From Clostridia bacterium (GTDB taxonomy: Bacteria > Bacillota > Clostridia > TANB77 > CAG-508): DNA of 64,000 nt. Where the stretch lies: NCBI GenBank assembly GCA_022797145.1, contig JAAWKA010000005.1, positions 15,874 to 79,873 on the forward strand, read 5' to 3'. Below, one piece after another: positions 32,957 to 43,851 of this stretch. The notes under the pieces were generated by a model. The model was not told the DNA's origin and searched no databases. It saw nothing but the letters and a program-made list of their open reading frames with translations. Each line of letters opens with the position of its first letter. The first letter of the stretch is position 1. The position numbers and the translations under genes were made by a program.

Positions 32957-34166
32957 TTTCTAATACCTCATTTTTACCATTAACAAAGTATTCATCTGGA
33001 AAATCTTCTAAATATCCTTCTAACCAATCATCTTGAATTAATGAACATACAAATTGCCAATCAACTTGTTCAAAAACATCTTCAGCCATTATTTCAATGT
33101 CCTCAAAAGGAACTTTGTTTAAATCTACTCCATTAACTACCAAATAATCTCTAACATCTTCACATATTCCTTCAAAAGTAATACCTGCATCATTTATATT
33201 ATTTTCATCAAGTTCAGATACATAGCATATTCCTTCTCGTTTATAAAAATTCTCAAAATTCTTATAGATATAACCTTGCCTAAAATATTCTTTTTCAATT
33301 GTTCCATCTGGCAATATTTCTCCTATCTGTCTGCACATAATTTCTTTTACATATTTATTTATGTCTCGTATTGAATCTTCTTTATTTACAAATAGGGTAT
33401 TTACTTTTATTAATTCTTTTTCCTTTTTAATGTAAATGTTTAACTGTTTTTGGTTATCTGGTAATTTATACCTTTTATCAGTTTTATCTGGAAATTTACA
33501 GTAAAAATCTTTTATCTTAAAAAAGCCTTTTATCTCATTTATTGGTTCTAAATTAGCTTTTGCTTCTTCAATGGATTGTATGATATTTTCATAAGTAGTA
33601 TTGTTGCTTTTGGCTATATCTTGAATATCTCTATCATTTTCTATAATTTCTTTCATTTGTTCTTTATAATCTTCTAAAGTATCTTGCTTGAAGATTTTCC
33701 AGCACGAATATTCGCAATTAAACATTATATTTGCTAATTCAATCGAAATTTCTCTACCTAATTCCTCTAAGGTCATTATTTCATCTTTTTCATAGTCTTG
33801 TTTTTCTTCTTCAACATGAAGAAGATCGACTTCATATTTATTTACATTATTAAAAAAATCTTCTTTTTCATTACTAAAGTATAGGTAATCTAATCTATTA
33901 TCAATCTCTTCTTTTGCTTTTAGTATATTAACAGACATGAAAGGATCTTTAGGAACATAACCTTTAGCAGCTACATCTTCCACTTTAACAATAAAACCTC
34001 TTTTTAATGATTCTAATGTTGTTGCATATTCTTCATGCTTAAATGTGAAATTGTAAGAATCAATTAAACTAACTTTATCCATTAGCAACTTATTTATATT
34101 ATTTTCCTTACTAAAATCTTTTTTTAATATTTCTTTACATTTCTTATAATCAGTAATATTATTCAT
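32949..34166 (-). CDS. Multidomain hypothetical, acidic C-terminus
   Basis: QGYIYKNFENF...ICYVSE module; ends NEVLENE. Confidence 0.75.
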   Translation of the reverse strand: MNNITDYKKCKEILKKDFSKENNINKLLMDKVSLIDSYNFTFKHEEYATTLESLKRGFIVKVEDVAAKGYVPKDPFMSVNILKAKEEIDNRLDYLYFSNEKEDFFNNVNKYEVDLLHVEEEKQDYEKDEIMTLEELGREISIELANIMFNCEYSCWKIFKQDTLEDYKEQMKEIIENDRDIQDIAKSNNTTYENIIQSIEEAKANLEPINEIKGFFKIKDFYCKFPDKTDKRYKLPDNQKQLNIYIKKEKELIKVNTLFVNKEDSIRDINKYVKEIMCRQIGEILPDGTIEKEYFRQGYIYKNFENFYKREGICYVSELDENNINDAGITFEGICEDVRDYLVVNGVDLNKVPFEDIEIMAEDVFEQVDWQFVCSLIQDDWLEGYLEDFPDEYFVNGKNEVLENE

Positions 34167-34167
34167 T

Positions 34168-35009
34168 TTATTCCTTTCTTAAATTGCAACAATCATCTTT
34201 ATTTACATTTACATTTCTTTTCCAATACAAATAATGATTAGAAACATCTTCACATATTGTTACTTCTTCAAATCCAGTTATTTTCTTTAACATTTTAATC
34301 TTATCTTTTAACTGTAAATGACAATATCCACTTTGTTTTAAAGTATATTTAGAATAATCTAAGTCAAACCATCTCTTTATCCATGAATTTACTCTCAAAA
34401 ATTCAATTAAAATTTTGTCACATTTAATGTTGTTTAAAATATCAAAGTCTATATATTGTTCAATAAATGGTGAAAGTCTAACCTGTACATCAAATCCATG
34501 TTCTTGTAATTTTTCAATGGCTTCAATTCGTTTACTTGGAACAGTTGCTTTTTCATAAGTAAGTGATAAATCATCTTGTGTAGTTGTTATTGTAATTTGA
34601 ATATGTGCTAACTTTTTGTCTAATATTTTTATATATTCATCATCAGCTATTAAATTTGATTTAGTAACTATTAAATAACCTATTCCATACTTATTTAATA
34701 GCTTTATCGTGTTATATGTAACTTTATATTTCTTTTCAATTGGTTGGAAACAATCGGTCATTCCGACCTAATCGCAATATTGTTCCTTTAGGTAATTTTT
34801 TTATTTTTCTCTCTATCTTGCTTGTATCAGCTACACTCGGATCATTTGGATTCCATAAATTTCTAAAATCTAATAATGATTTTGCATAACAATATTTGCA
34901 ATCATGCTGACAGCCACAACCATATGTATCAAGTCGTGTAGGATATTTGCATTTACTTCCTTCATTTCCTTCTACTGTTTTATAAAAACTCTTAAATTCT
35001 TTGCTTCAA
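34168..35009 (-). CDS. Radical SAM protein (spore-photoproduct-lyase-like); needs +1 shifts near 35003 and at C-GGA 34765
   Basis: RLDTYGCGCQHDCKYCYA (CxxxCxxC), RLG-[C]-GMTDCFQP, IVTKS, VRLSPFI; AGGAGG RBS before TTG. Confidence 0.75.
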
Positions 35010-35026
35010 TTTTCCTCCTATTATAA

Positions 35027-35098
35027 TGGTTGCAAAGGTGGGTACTGCCCCCACATCGCCAGCAAAGCAGACTGGAATGTTCTTTACACTACATTGCG
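35027..35098 (-). ncRNA. Non-canonical tRNA-like RNA (72 nt, encoded CCA)
   Basis: Cloverleaf CGCAATG-TA-GTGT/AAAGA/ACAT-T-CCAGT/CTGCTTT/GCTGG-CGAT-GTGGG/GGCAGTA/CCCAC-CTTTGCA-A-CCA; GC-rich patch in AT-rich DNA. Confidence 0.7.
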
Positions 35099-35156
35099 AT
35101 AAATAAAAAAACTCACAAGTCACTTTTTCAAGCAACTTATAAGTTTTGATATTAAC

Positions 35157-35202
35157 ATCATAATATTTTATATAGGGGTTTTCAATTCCCAAATTTTTCC
35201 CT
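35157..35202 (-). promoter_or_regulatory. Sigma-A promoter with GGGAA box (P2)
   Basis: AGGGAAAAATTTGGGAA-TTGAAA-17 nt-TATGAT, then hairpin plus U-tract at 35103-35148. Confidence 0.8.
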
Positions 35203-35208
35203 ATTTAT

Positions 35209-36183
35209 TCATATGGAGTTTTCTTCCTCAATATCATTAGAGTCATTTATATCCATTAAAAAACTTTCATAATTAGAATAACATAAAAAGTATAATACTG
35301 AATCCAAATTTAATTTTCCTTCATAACTTTTTATATACTGCTTTTCTTCTTTTGCTTTACTATATAATCTAAATTCTGATAGTTCTTTATTAATGTCAAC
35401 TTCTAATTCTAATTTATATTGAGTTCCATTATCATATTGATTTGTAATTTTTTCTATTAATTTACAATCATAATCAAAGAAATCCAATATATCCTGTTTG
35501 TCGATATACACATAATTTTGACTTGTTTTAGTATAAATTTGTTTTAATTCAAAAATATCCTTTTCTATATGTTTTTCTACTTCGTTTTGCTTTTCTTTTA
35601 CATAATTACATAATTTTTCCTCAATTTCTTCCCAATGTGCATTAACAAAATTTCTCTCATTTTTAGAGTAACAATCAATACATTCTAATACTAGATCTTC
35701 CTTAATTAAATGATGTACTCTAAACAATCCATTCATCTTTTTTTTCTCATACACTATAGTAAAGTATAAATATTTATCACCTTTTTTAAAATCAATATCT
35801 TTAAATTGAACTTGGTAACGGTTATCTTCATAAGCATCATAAACCTTTGCAATTTCTTGCCAATCTTTTGCAGTAATAATAGTTTGTAATTTTATATGTG
35901 TATCAAATTTGCGAGCTATAGTATTAATGTCTGCTACAAAATCAAGTAATAAATCTGGAGTAATATCTTCTCGTATATCACAAAACAACAAACTACATTG
36001 TTCTTTATTTACTATAATATTTTCTTTATCAAAATTAAATTTAATCCATTCAACCCACTTTTTAGCACTATTTTTAGCACATATTGCAATTTCATTATTA
36101 GATATTTCTTTAAGTTTCAATCTGTATTTCGCACAAATTATTTTTATACCTTCTTCACATTGTTTTTTTCTCTGCTTTTCCAT
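35209..36183 (-). CDS. Hypothetical, acidic tail
   Basis: Ends DIEEENSI. Confidence 0.75.
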   Translation of the reverse strand: MEKQRKKQCEEGIKIICAKYRLKLKEISNNEIAICAKNSAKKWVEWIKFNFDKENIIVNKEQCSLLFCDIREDITPDLLLDFVADINTIARKFDTHIKLQTIITAKDWQEIAKVYDAYEDNRYQVQFKDIDFKKGDKYLYFTIVYEKKKMNGLFRVHHLIKEDLVLECIDCYSKNERNFVNAHWEEIEEKLCNYVKEKQNEVEKHIEKDIFELKQIYTKTSQNYVYIDKQDILDFFDYDCKLIEKITNQYDNGTQYKLELEVDINKELSEFRLYSKAKEEKQYIKSYEGKLNLDSVLYFLCYSNYESFLMDINDSNDIEEENSI

Positions 36184-36198
36184 CTATAGTTCCTCCTA

Positions 36199-37195
36199 TT
36201 ATATTGTTTCTTCTTCATCTTCTTCATTCTCATTTATTTTAGTATTTTTATCTATAAAATTTTCAATAATTTCATTATCTTTATTTTTATATTTACTGCA
36301 AATCACATTGCCTAAATCATAATCCATATCAATAATTTCTGAACTACCATTGTATATACTGTTAAACTCTTCTTCATTTACTTTTATGCAAGATATTATT
36401 CCATATGTATTATTATTTCCATTTTTTACATAGTTATCTATAAATTCTAATGCTTCATCATATTTTTTAGTAAATCCCCAATTTTCATTATAATATCCAT
36501 TTTTATAATCCCAAACTTCATTATAACATTCATATTCTGGATCATCTTTATCTAATAAAACACCAACTTCAAATTGATATGCTTCGTATTTGTCATTTAT
36601 TATATTATCCATTTTTATCTCTAATGCTTTTTCTATATCTATTATTACTTCAGGAACAAAATGATATTTCAAAACATCTATAAGATTAGGTTGCAATTCT
36701 TCTTTTCCACAAAAAAATATTTCATCTTTAGAAAATACTTTTTCATCTTTTTCAAGCATAAACATAATTTTTAAATTTTCAAATGGATTCAATGGATAGC
36801 TAGGACCATTTCTTGGTTCATACATTTGTATATCATCTTTTAGTTCCATATAATCTTCTATATACTTTTTGTTTAATTCATATAAATTACAGCATTCATC
36901 TTGTTTTAAATTGTTTAATTCTGATTTTAATATTATAGCTTTAAATTTGCTATCAATTTTTTCTAGTTCATTAATAGCATTAATTATTTGACAGTTTTCT
37001 TCAAAATTAACATACTTGTTTTCATTAAAAACATTTTTTAATATTAATTTATATTTTTCTTTTAGTTCTTCGCTTATATTATTTGTTCTAAATAACCTTA
37101 AATACTCATCTTCAACAAACTTCTTTGCTTCTTCTGGAATTGGTTCAAATATTCTTAATCCGATTAAGTATCTTTTTATATTCTTCTTTATTCAA
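36199..37195 (-). CDS. Hypothetical, acidic tail; 331 aa after one +1 shift at C-GGA (37162)
   Basis: TTG AAT AAA...CTT AAT C GGA TTA AGA opens 104 stop-free codons into ORF 36199..36849; ends EDEEETI. Confidence 0.72.
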
Positions 37196-37246
37196 TTTTA
37201 TCACCTACCTATTTTTAAAGGACAGTATTGTACTGCCCTTTAAAAT

Positions 37247-39709
37247 CTATATAATATTTGCAACAACAATACTTTTTGTTATTGTATTTCCTGCAATATC
37301 TCTAATTGTTACTGTTTGAGTATCATTTTCATCAAATACTTTAGTTAAAGTTGTTTCATCATTTGATAAAGTCCAACCTTCAATTCCTTGTATTCTTTCA
37401 TTTGCTTTTATTGTTACTGTTACTGAATCTATTGTTTGTGAAGTTGTTGAATAATTTATTTCAATTTCTGGGTTAGTTTTATCAATATTATTAATTTCTA
37501 TTTTAGCAGTTGATTCATTTCCTGCTATATCTCTTACTGCAACATTAGTATTTGTATTAGCTGAAAATGTTTTACTTAATTGTCTTTTATCTAAAGATAA
37601 ATTCCAACCAGATACTGGTTGTATCTCCTCATTAGCTTTTATTGTTACTGTTACATTTTCATTAGTAATTTGAGTATTGCTATATGAAATCTCTAATTCT
37701 GGTTTTGTTGAATCTACTATAATTTTATGAGTTGTAGTTTTTTCGTTTCCAACTTCATCTTTTAAGAATGTATGTAAATAATAAATTCCATCTTGTTCTA
37801 CTTTCAATTTTAATGTTTCATTTTCACTCTTAAATGTAGTTGCTCCTTCAAAATTAGCTTTTTCATTTGAAGATAGAATATATTTACATTCTTCTAAATT
37901 CAATCCAAATCCAACATCTGAAATTCTAGTTACTACATCAAACTCTTTTGTATTGAATGTATTTTTATTAATTACAGAATCGTTTGGTTTATCTTGATCA
38001 ATATTAGAAATAGTTACATCTACAGAAACAGGATTTCCTCCTAAATCATAAAATGTATAAATTGTTCTTCCAATATTTTTGTTAAACTCTTTTCTCAAAG
38101 TTTTTCCGTTATCATAAACTTCCCAGCCCTCTGTTCCTTTTAGTGTTTCATTAGATTTAATTGTTACAATAACATTTTTGTTTGTGTGTTCTTTAATATT
38201 ATATTCTCTTGTAACAACAGGGTTCAAAGTATCACTAATAATTGTTTGTGTTGTTACTCTTTCATTGCCTGCATTGTCAACTAATTGAATATGTAAATAA
38301 TAAGTAGAATTCTCTTTTATTGTAAAATATAATGTTTGGTCTTGTTTTGTAAATGTAGCTGCTGAATTAAAGTTGCTTGGAGTATCTTTACTTTGATTCA
38401 ATACATATTTACATTTACTTAAATTTAGTCCAGAACCACCTTCATTATCGCTTATGTTAGCTGTTAGAGTAATGTCTATATTTTTAGAATTATCAATAGG
38501 TCTTGTATTAAATACATTTTGAGATAGTTTTGGCTCTACTGGTTCTACTTTATCTATATTATTTATTCTTATATGAGCTTTTATTTTTCTTCCTACTAAA
38601 TCTGTAAATTCTACTTCCTCATCTATATTTTTTGAATAAGTTTTTGTAAATACAGTTTTAGTTTTATTTGATTTCCAGTCTGATACTTCTTGCATTTCTT
38701 TGTTTGATGTAATTGTAACCACTACATCTTTATTAGTAATTGCTGTATTTGAATATTTAATATGAAGTGTTGGCATTACTGTATCAACAATTAATTTGAT
38801 TGTGTCTTTTCTTACATTTCCAGCATTGTCCATTGAAATAACATGTAAATAATATACTCCATCATTATCAACTGTTTTTTCTATTAATGATGTTAAATCT
38901 GTAATTTTAGTATAATTGCTCTCATCTTTCATTTCTTCTTTATTGTCAATTTTATATTTGCAACCATTTAAGTTAATACCTGATTCATTATCTGCCATCG
39001 TTAATTTAGTTTGAATTTTTTTAGATGCAAATATCGAATCTGATACTTTTGCTACTTGTGGTTTTACTTTGTCGATGTTTTTAATTTCTATTTTAGTAGT
39101 TGCTTTGTTCCCTGCCAAATCATATACTTTAACTTCTTCTGAAGTATTTTCTTTATATTCTTTATAAGCACTCATTCTATCTTCTGCTAATGTATATCCA
39201 CTAGTTATATTACTTACTTGCTCATTAAATCTTAATGTTACAATAACATTTTCATTAGTTATATCTTGTTTACTATAAGTAACATTTATAGTAGGTGCTG
39301 TTTTATCTGTTTGATTATCTATAATAGTAACTGGTTTTTTGTTAATATTGGGATTATATGTATTACCAGAAGGAGTATAAATATCCCCTTTATAGCCACT
39401 TACATTTACTTTAATTAACCCATTTGTATTTTCTTGCTCTAAAGATGAAAATTGATTTGTAACAATTATTAAGTCATCTTCTTCATTTTCTATTGTTGTT
39501 TCATTGTTTTCTATTGAATTAACATTTTCTATATTATTAATATCCATTGATTTATTATCTTTTATATTAGTTGTATTACTTATATTATTATCTTTAGTAC
39601 TATCATCACTTTTATTAAATATGTTTATCATCATAATAGTGCCTAATAGTAGCACTATTATGAGAATAACTACAATTACTTTTTTATTAATTCCTTCTGA
39701 ATTCCCCAT
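37247..39709 (-). CDS. N-terminally anchored surface protein with tandem Ig-like repeats
   Basis: TM helix, repeated YS...TNxNVxVTIxxNE...GW...K.F..N....V.DLAGN...I.NIDK units. Confidence 0.8.
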   Translation of the reverse strand: MGNSEGINKKVIVVILIIVLLLGTIMMINIFNKSDDSTKDNNISNTTNIKDNKSMDINNIENVNSIENNETTIENEEDDLIIVTNQFSSLEQENTNGLIKVNVSGYKGDIYTPSGNTYNPNINKKPVTIIDNQTDKTAPTINVTYSKQDITNENVIVTLRFNEQVSNITSGYTLAEDRMSAYKEYKENTSEEVKVYDLAGNKATTKIEIKNIDKVKPQVAKVSDSIFASKKIQTKLTMADNESGINLNGCKYKIDNKEEMKDESNYTKITDLTSLIEKTVDNDGVYYLHVISMDNAGNVRKDTIKLIVDTVMPTLHIKYSNTAITNKDVVVTITSNKEMQEVSDWKSNKTKTVFTKTYSKNIDEEVEFTDLVGRKIKAHIRINNIDKVEPVEPKLSQNVFNTRPIDNSKNIDITLTANISDNEGGSGLNLSKCKYVLNQSKDTPSNFNSAATFTKQDQTLYFTIKENSTYYLHIQLVDNAGNERVTTQTIISDTLNPVVTREYNIKEHTNKNVIVTIKSNETLKGTEGWEVYDNGKTLRKEFNKNIGRTIYTFYDLGGNPVSVDVTISNIDQDKPNDSVINKNTFNTKEFDVVTRISDVGFGLNLEECKYILSSNEKANFEGATTFKSENETLKLKVEQDGIYYLHTFLKDEVGNEKTTTHKIIVDSTKPELEISYSNTQITNENVTVTIKANEEIQPVSGWNLSLDKRQLSKTFSANTNTNVAVRDIAGNESTAKIEINNIDKTNPEIEINYSTTSQTIDSVTVTIKANERIQGIEGWTLSNDETTLTKVFDENDTQTVTIRDIAGNTITKSIVVANII

Positions 39710-39728
39710 TTTGTTACTCCTCTCTTTT

Positions 39729-42700
39729 TTACCTACCTGTTCTAGGTAGTTTTTTAATTTCTAATTCTTTACCATAACTGATAGTTGTCCATTCATCTCT
39801 ATCTTCTAGTGGAACATCTAAATATGTTGCTGTTAATGAAACTTCATTAGTCCATTTATCATCAGGCTTAACAGTTGATTTTACTTTTGCGAACATGAAT
39901 GGAGTTATTTCTGCTTTAAATCCTACTGGAACTGTACCAAATGATAATCTAAAATCAGTAACATATTCTCCTTCTTTTAATTCAATTTCTTCAAAATCAA
40001 CATAGTTATTTACTTTTGAATTTAGGTTTTCTTTAAATAAAACATAATCATCTGTTAAATTAGTTTTATATAATACATTAAAGTTTAATTCATGTGAGTA
40101 AATTCCTGTGAACAATTTTTTCATTTCAATATAATCTGTAGGTAAGTTATCTGTCATAGTGAAATTGTCTACTGGTACATTAGAATTGTTAGCAACTGTA
40201 TTGAAGTCATAACGAATTTCATCATTTGGTTGTGCCTGGATAATTCCTGTTTTTTCTACTTCAATTTTTGCTTCTGCTGGTTTGTTTTTTATATCTATAA
40301 TAACTTTTTGTCCATTCTCTGTTATTTCAAATACATCAGGTTCTTCTTTCTTTACATAAAAATCTGGACATTTTGTTTCCCACAAATAATAAGTGCCTTT
40401 ATCAAGCATAATATCTTCACTAAATTTTCCATTTTTATCGGTTACTAAGGTTAATAAAACATTATCTTCTGAATCTCTTAATTCAAATTCAACACCCTCT
40501 AATGGCATACCTGCTGGATCTCTATTCAATGTATTGTCTTCTAATACCGTTTTATTTATATTTAAAAATCCAACTGGAACTGGTTCATTAGTAAAATTAA
40601 AGTATTTATTATCTTCATTTTTGTCTATTGTAAAATATACTGGTTCTTCATTAAGTATCCAGTCCTCATTTACCCAAGTTTCTTTGATACAATAGCTTCC
40701 TTTTCCAAGAACTACTTTATTAGTTGTTCCATCCTTTGTGGTAGTTAATGTTGCAACTTCTTTATTATCTTCAACATTGTAAATCTTATAAATTGCACCA
40801 ACAACAGGCTCACCTTTTTTTACATCATTTTTATAGTTGTAATCTGCTGCTGTTTTTGTAACTTGAACTTCTCCAGCTTCTTCTGGAATGTCTTTTAAAC
40901 TAATTTTAATAGATTCTTCGTTTTTATCTAATGAAAAATATTTTTCTTCATCATTTACCTTAAATCCGATTTGGAGCTGAAATTTCATAGCATTTGTAAT
41001 TTCCTAAAGCAAGTTCTATATCATTACTTGTAAAGTTTGGTTCATTAATTTCGCCTTTTTCATTCGTTGTAACATCAATATGCCAATCTTTGTCTAGGGA
41101 TTCAATTCTATATGTAGCATTAGCAACTGGTTGTCCTTCAATATGTCCTGTCCATAAATTATTCCCTCCACTTACTTTTTTAAGATTAACATATCCACCT
41201 TCTTCAGACCTATTTTGCACATCTAAATTAACTACTGCTTCATTTTCTCCAACAGTAAAATAGTGTTTCGTTTCATCTTTGTGGAAATATGGTGCTGGTT
41301 CTATTTCCTGCATATAATAATCGCCTAGTTTTAGCTTATATCTATTGAAAATCATACCGTCTGCTCCACTTTTTTTGATTGCTTTTTCTCCATTAAAGTC
41401 TACTATTGTTCCATCTAAATTATAGATTCCATATGTTGCACCAGCAACTGGATCATTTACTTTATGACCTGTCCAAACATTATTAAGACTAGCTGTTTTT
41501 TTAGCAGAAAAATATCCACCTTCTACAACACTTTCTTTTACCTTAAAATTAGACACTTCTCCATGATATGTAATTTCAAATTCATATACCTTAGAATCTT
41601 TTTTGAAAAAATTAGGGCTATTGGTTTCTTGAATAGTATATCGGCCAATAGGTAATGATAGTTGTGCTTTTCCCTCTTGGTTTGTAATAACTGTTTTTAC
41701 AACTTCTCCAGCTAAATTCTTAATAGTGTATTCAGCACCTGGTACAGCACTTCCTACAACATTACCAGTCCAAATATTATTTTTTGCACTAACCTTTTCT
41801 AAATCGAATTTTCCTTCTGCTTTTACTTCTAATGTTGCTACTCCTGAACTATCTCCATATGGATCAAAAGTAACTAGGTAATTTTGCCATTCATCACTAG
41901 GACTTTTTCCAAAAAATACAGGATATGTTTTACATTTTGCTTGAACACTTACAATACCATTTAAATCTGTTCTTAAATTTGTTTTTTGCACTAATATTTT
42001 AAATGTTTCTCCAGCATTAAATGTAGTTCTTGGATTATTATTCATATCTGTTACAACAGTACCTTCTGGAAATCCTGCTATATTAGTAACTGTATAATTT
42101 CCCATTTGTACACTACTTGATACTGAATAAGTTTGAGAATAATAATTAGAATTACTATCTTGTGTAAAATCCCCTTGTTTGCTTATTGTTACTCTAGCAT
42201 CTCCTGGTGTTTCTGTTCCATTTCTACCAATATTAACCAATCTATCAATAGCATTAAGTATTTTCTCTCCTCTTTCATCTCCTGCATGATAAAAAGATCT
42301 TACATCAGTATCTCTTATTATGCTATAAATCGCATGTTTTGTCGCAACAAAAGCATCATCGTTATTGTCTACTCCAATTTCTGCTGCTGTTTTATATGGA
42401 TAACCGTTTACTGCTACTCTCCACACTCTAACATCATTCATAATATTATCTATTGAAACACTATAGTTTGGTATATCTGGTCCTACTCCATCTCGTTCAG
42501 GGTTCAAACAATAGGCTGGATAATATTGTCCATTTGGTGCTTGATATTGTACATAACTAACAGTTACATAGTACCACATATTGTTATGCCAATATTGCAA
42601 GTGATGTCCACAGTCGTGGTCATAAATAATATTAGCTTCTTTAATTTCTGTTGCTGCTAGTGATACATTTTGAAAAACTGGTAATAAATACATAATAATT

Positions 42701-42738
42701 AAAAGTACACATACTACTTTTTTTAATGTTTTTTTCAT
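39729..42738 (-). CDS. SpaA/CnaB-repeat adhesin with terminal LPRTG; 1002 aa after one +1 shift at C-GGA (40968)
   Basis: Signal peptide, AYCLNP (thioester-domain-like), repeated GAxYxI...GxYxxxExxAPxGY units; EISAPN-[C]-GFKV restores the repeat; ends LPRTGR. Confidence 0.82.
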
Positions 42739-42844
42739 TTTAATAAAACCTCCCTCATCTCATATATTTAAGTAATTTTCTTACTTAAATAAAAAGCCAA
42801 CAGCTCAAAGCATTGCTTTGTCTATTGACTTTTTTGATGTTACC

Positions 42845-42890
42845 ATTATATAGGGGAGATTTTATATAATCAATTCCCAAATTTTTCCCT
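42845..42890 (-). promoter_or_regulatory. Sigma-A promoter with GGGAA box (P3)
   Basis: AGGGAAAAATTTGGGAA-TTGATT-17 nt-TATAAT, then hairpin at 42791-42836. Confidence 0.78.
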
Positions 42891-42907
42891 CATCAAAATT
42901 ATGTGGC

Positions 42908-43690
42908 TTAAATGATATATGCTTCTGTGTACATGTAATTTCCATTAAGATAATAATCCCTTGCATAAATCCTGATTGTTCCAAATTTGTTTATTATCAT
43001 ATTTTTTACCCTATTGTTTGTATAAGTAAATTGGTTCGTTTGAGTTACTATACTCTCATCAATTACGATAGTATAGCCATATTGTTTCATATAAGTAGAT
43101 TCATTATTTTTAATATCTTGTTTAATTTTTTCTGTTATAGTTGCATTATATTTATATGTGTGAACATCTTTCTTAGGTTCTTCTTTTACTTTTGGTGGTT
43201 CTACCTCTGGTGCTTTATTAGTATCTTCTTTTTTTACAGGATTCGTTGGTACTGTACTAGTAGTTGTTGTGACAGTTGGATTTTCTACTTTTTCCTGTTT
43301 AGGTGTTTCTTGTTTATTTTTATTAACAGTTACATCTTTTTTATCATTATTTACTACTGATGTACTTTTTGTATTCGCTTTTATTTCTTCTTTTGCTTTT
43401 TCTTGAACAACTGGAATTTCTTCGTTAGTAGATATATTTTCTTCTGGAGTATTTTCAACTTCTGTTTCCATTTCTTTTTCTGAAATATCTACAACAATTT
43501 CTTCATCTTGTGTTTCTTCTTTAGGATTTTGACTTTCTTCAAAAACTTCAGTAGCTACACCTGGAGCTTCTTTACTTTCTGAAATAAGATACATTCCCCC
43601 TACAGTTAATAAAATAATAACACCTACAATAATGGTAATAATTAAACTACCTTTTAAAATTTTCTTGCCTTGCTTCTTCATAGCAATCAC
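42908..43690 (-). CDS. Membrane-anchored protein with E/K/T/P-rich linker and C-terminal globular domain
   Basis: N-terminal TM, low-complexity middle region. Confidence 0.75.
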   Translation of the reverse strand: MIAMKKQGKKILKGSLIITIIVGVIILLTVGGMYLISESKEAPGVATEVFEESQNPKEETQDEEIVVDISEKEMETEVENTPEENISTNEEIPVVQEKAKEEIKANTKSTSVVNNDKKDVTVNKNKQETPKQEKVENPTVTTTTSTVPTNPVKKEDTNKAPEVEPPKVKEEPKKDVHTYKYNATITEKIKQDIKNNESTYMKQYGYTIVIDESIVTQTNQFTYTNNRVKNMIINKFGTIRIYARDYYLNGNYMYTEAYII

Positions 43691-43851
43691 TCCTTTGACT
43701 ATTTAATTTCGAGTTTCCTCTTAATTGACAAAAATGTATAAATGAAAAACTGTAAAGGTTAGGCAAAGCCTATTCATTTTAACCTTTACAGTTTTTTGTT
43801 TATACAATATACTTTCAAAGGGAGGAAAATCGTAATTAGTCAAAGCAAGGC

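Noticed and set aside
35027-35098. The tRNA-like RNA as the quadruplet decoder of CGGA
   Set aside because: Its anticodon loop (CTGCTTT) contains neither UCCG nor UCC, so it cannot pair with CGGA/GGA as encoded.
34992-35192. 66-aa ORF in the ORF track
   Set aside because: Overlaps promoter P2, the leader hairpin and the tRNA-like cloverleaf; better explained as non-coding.
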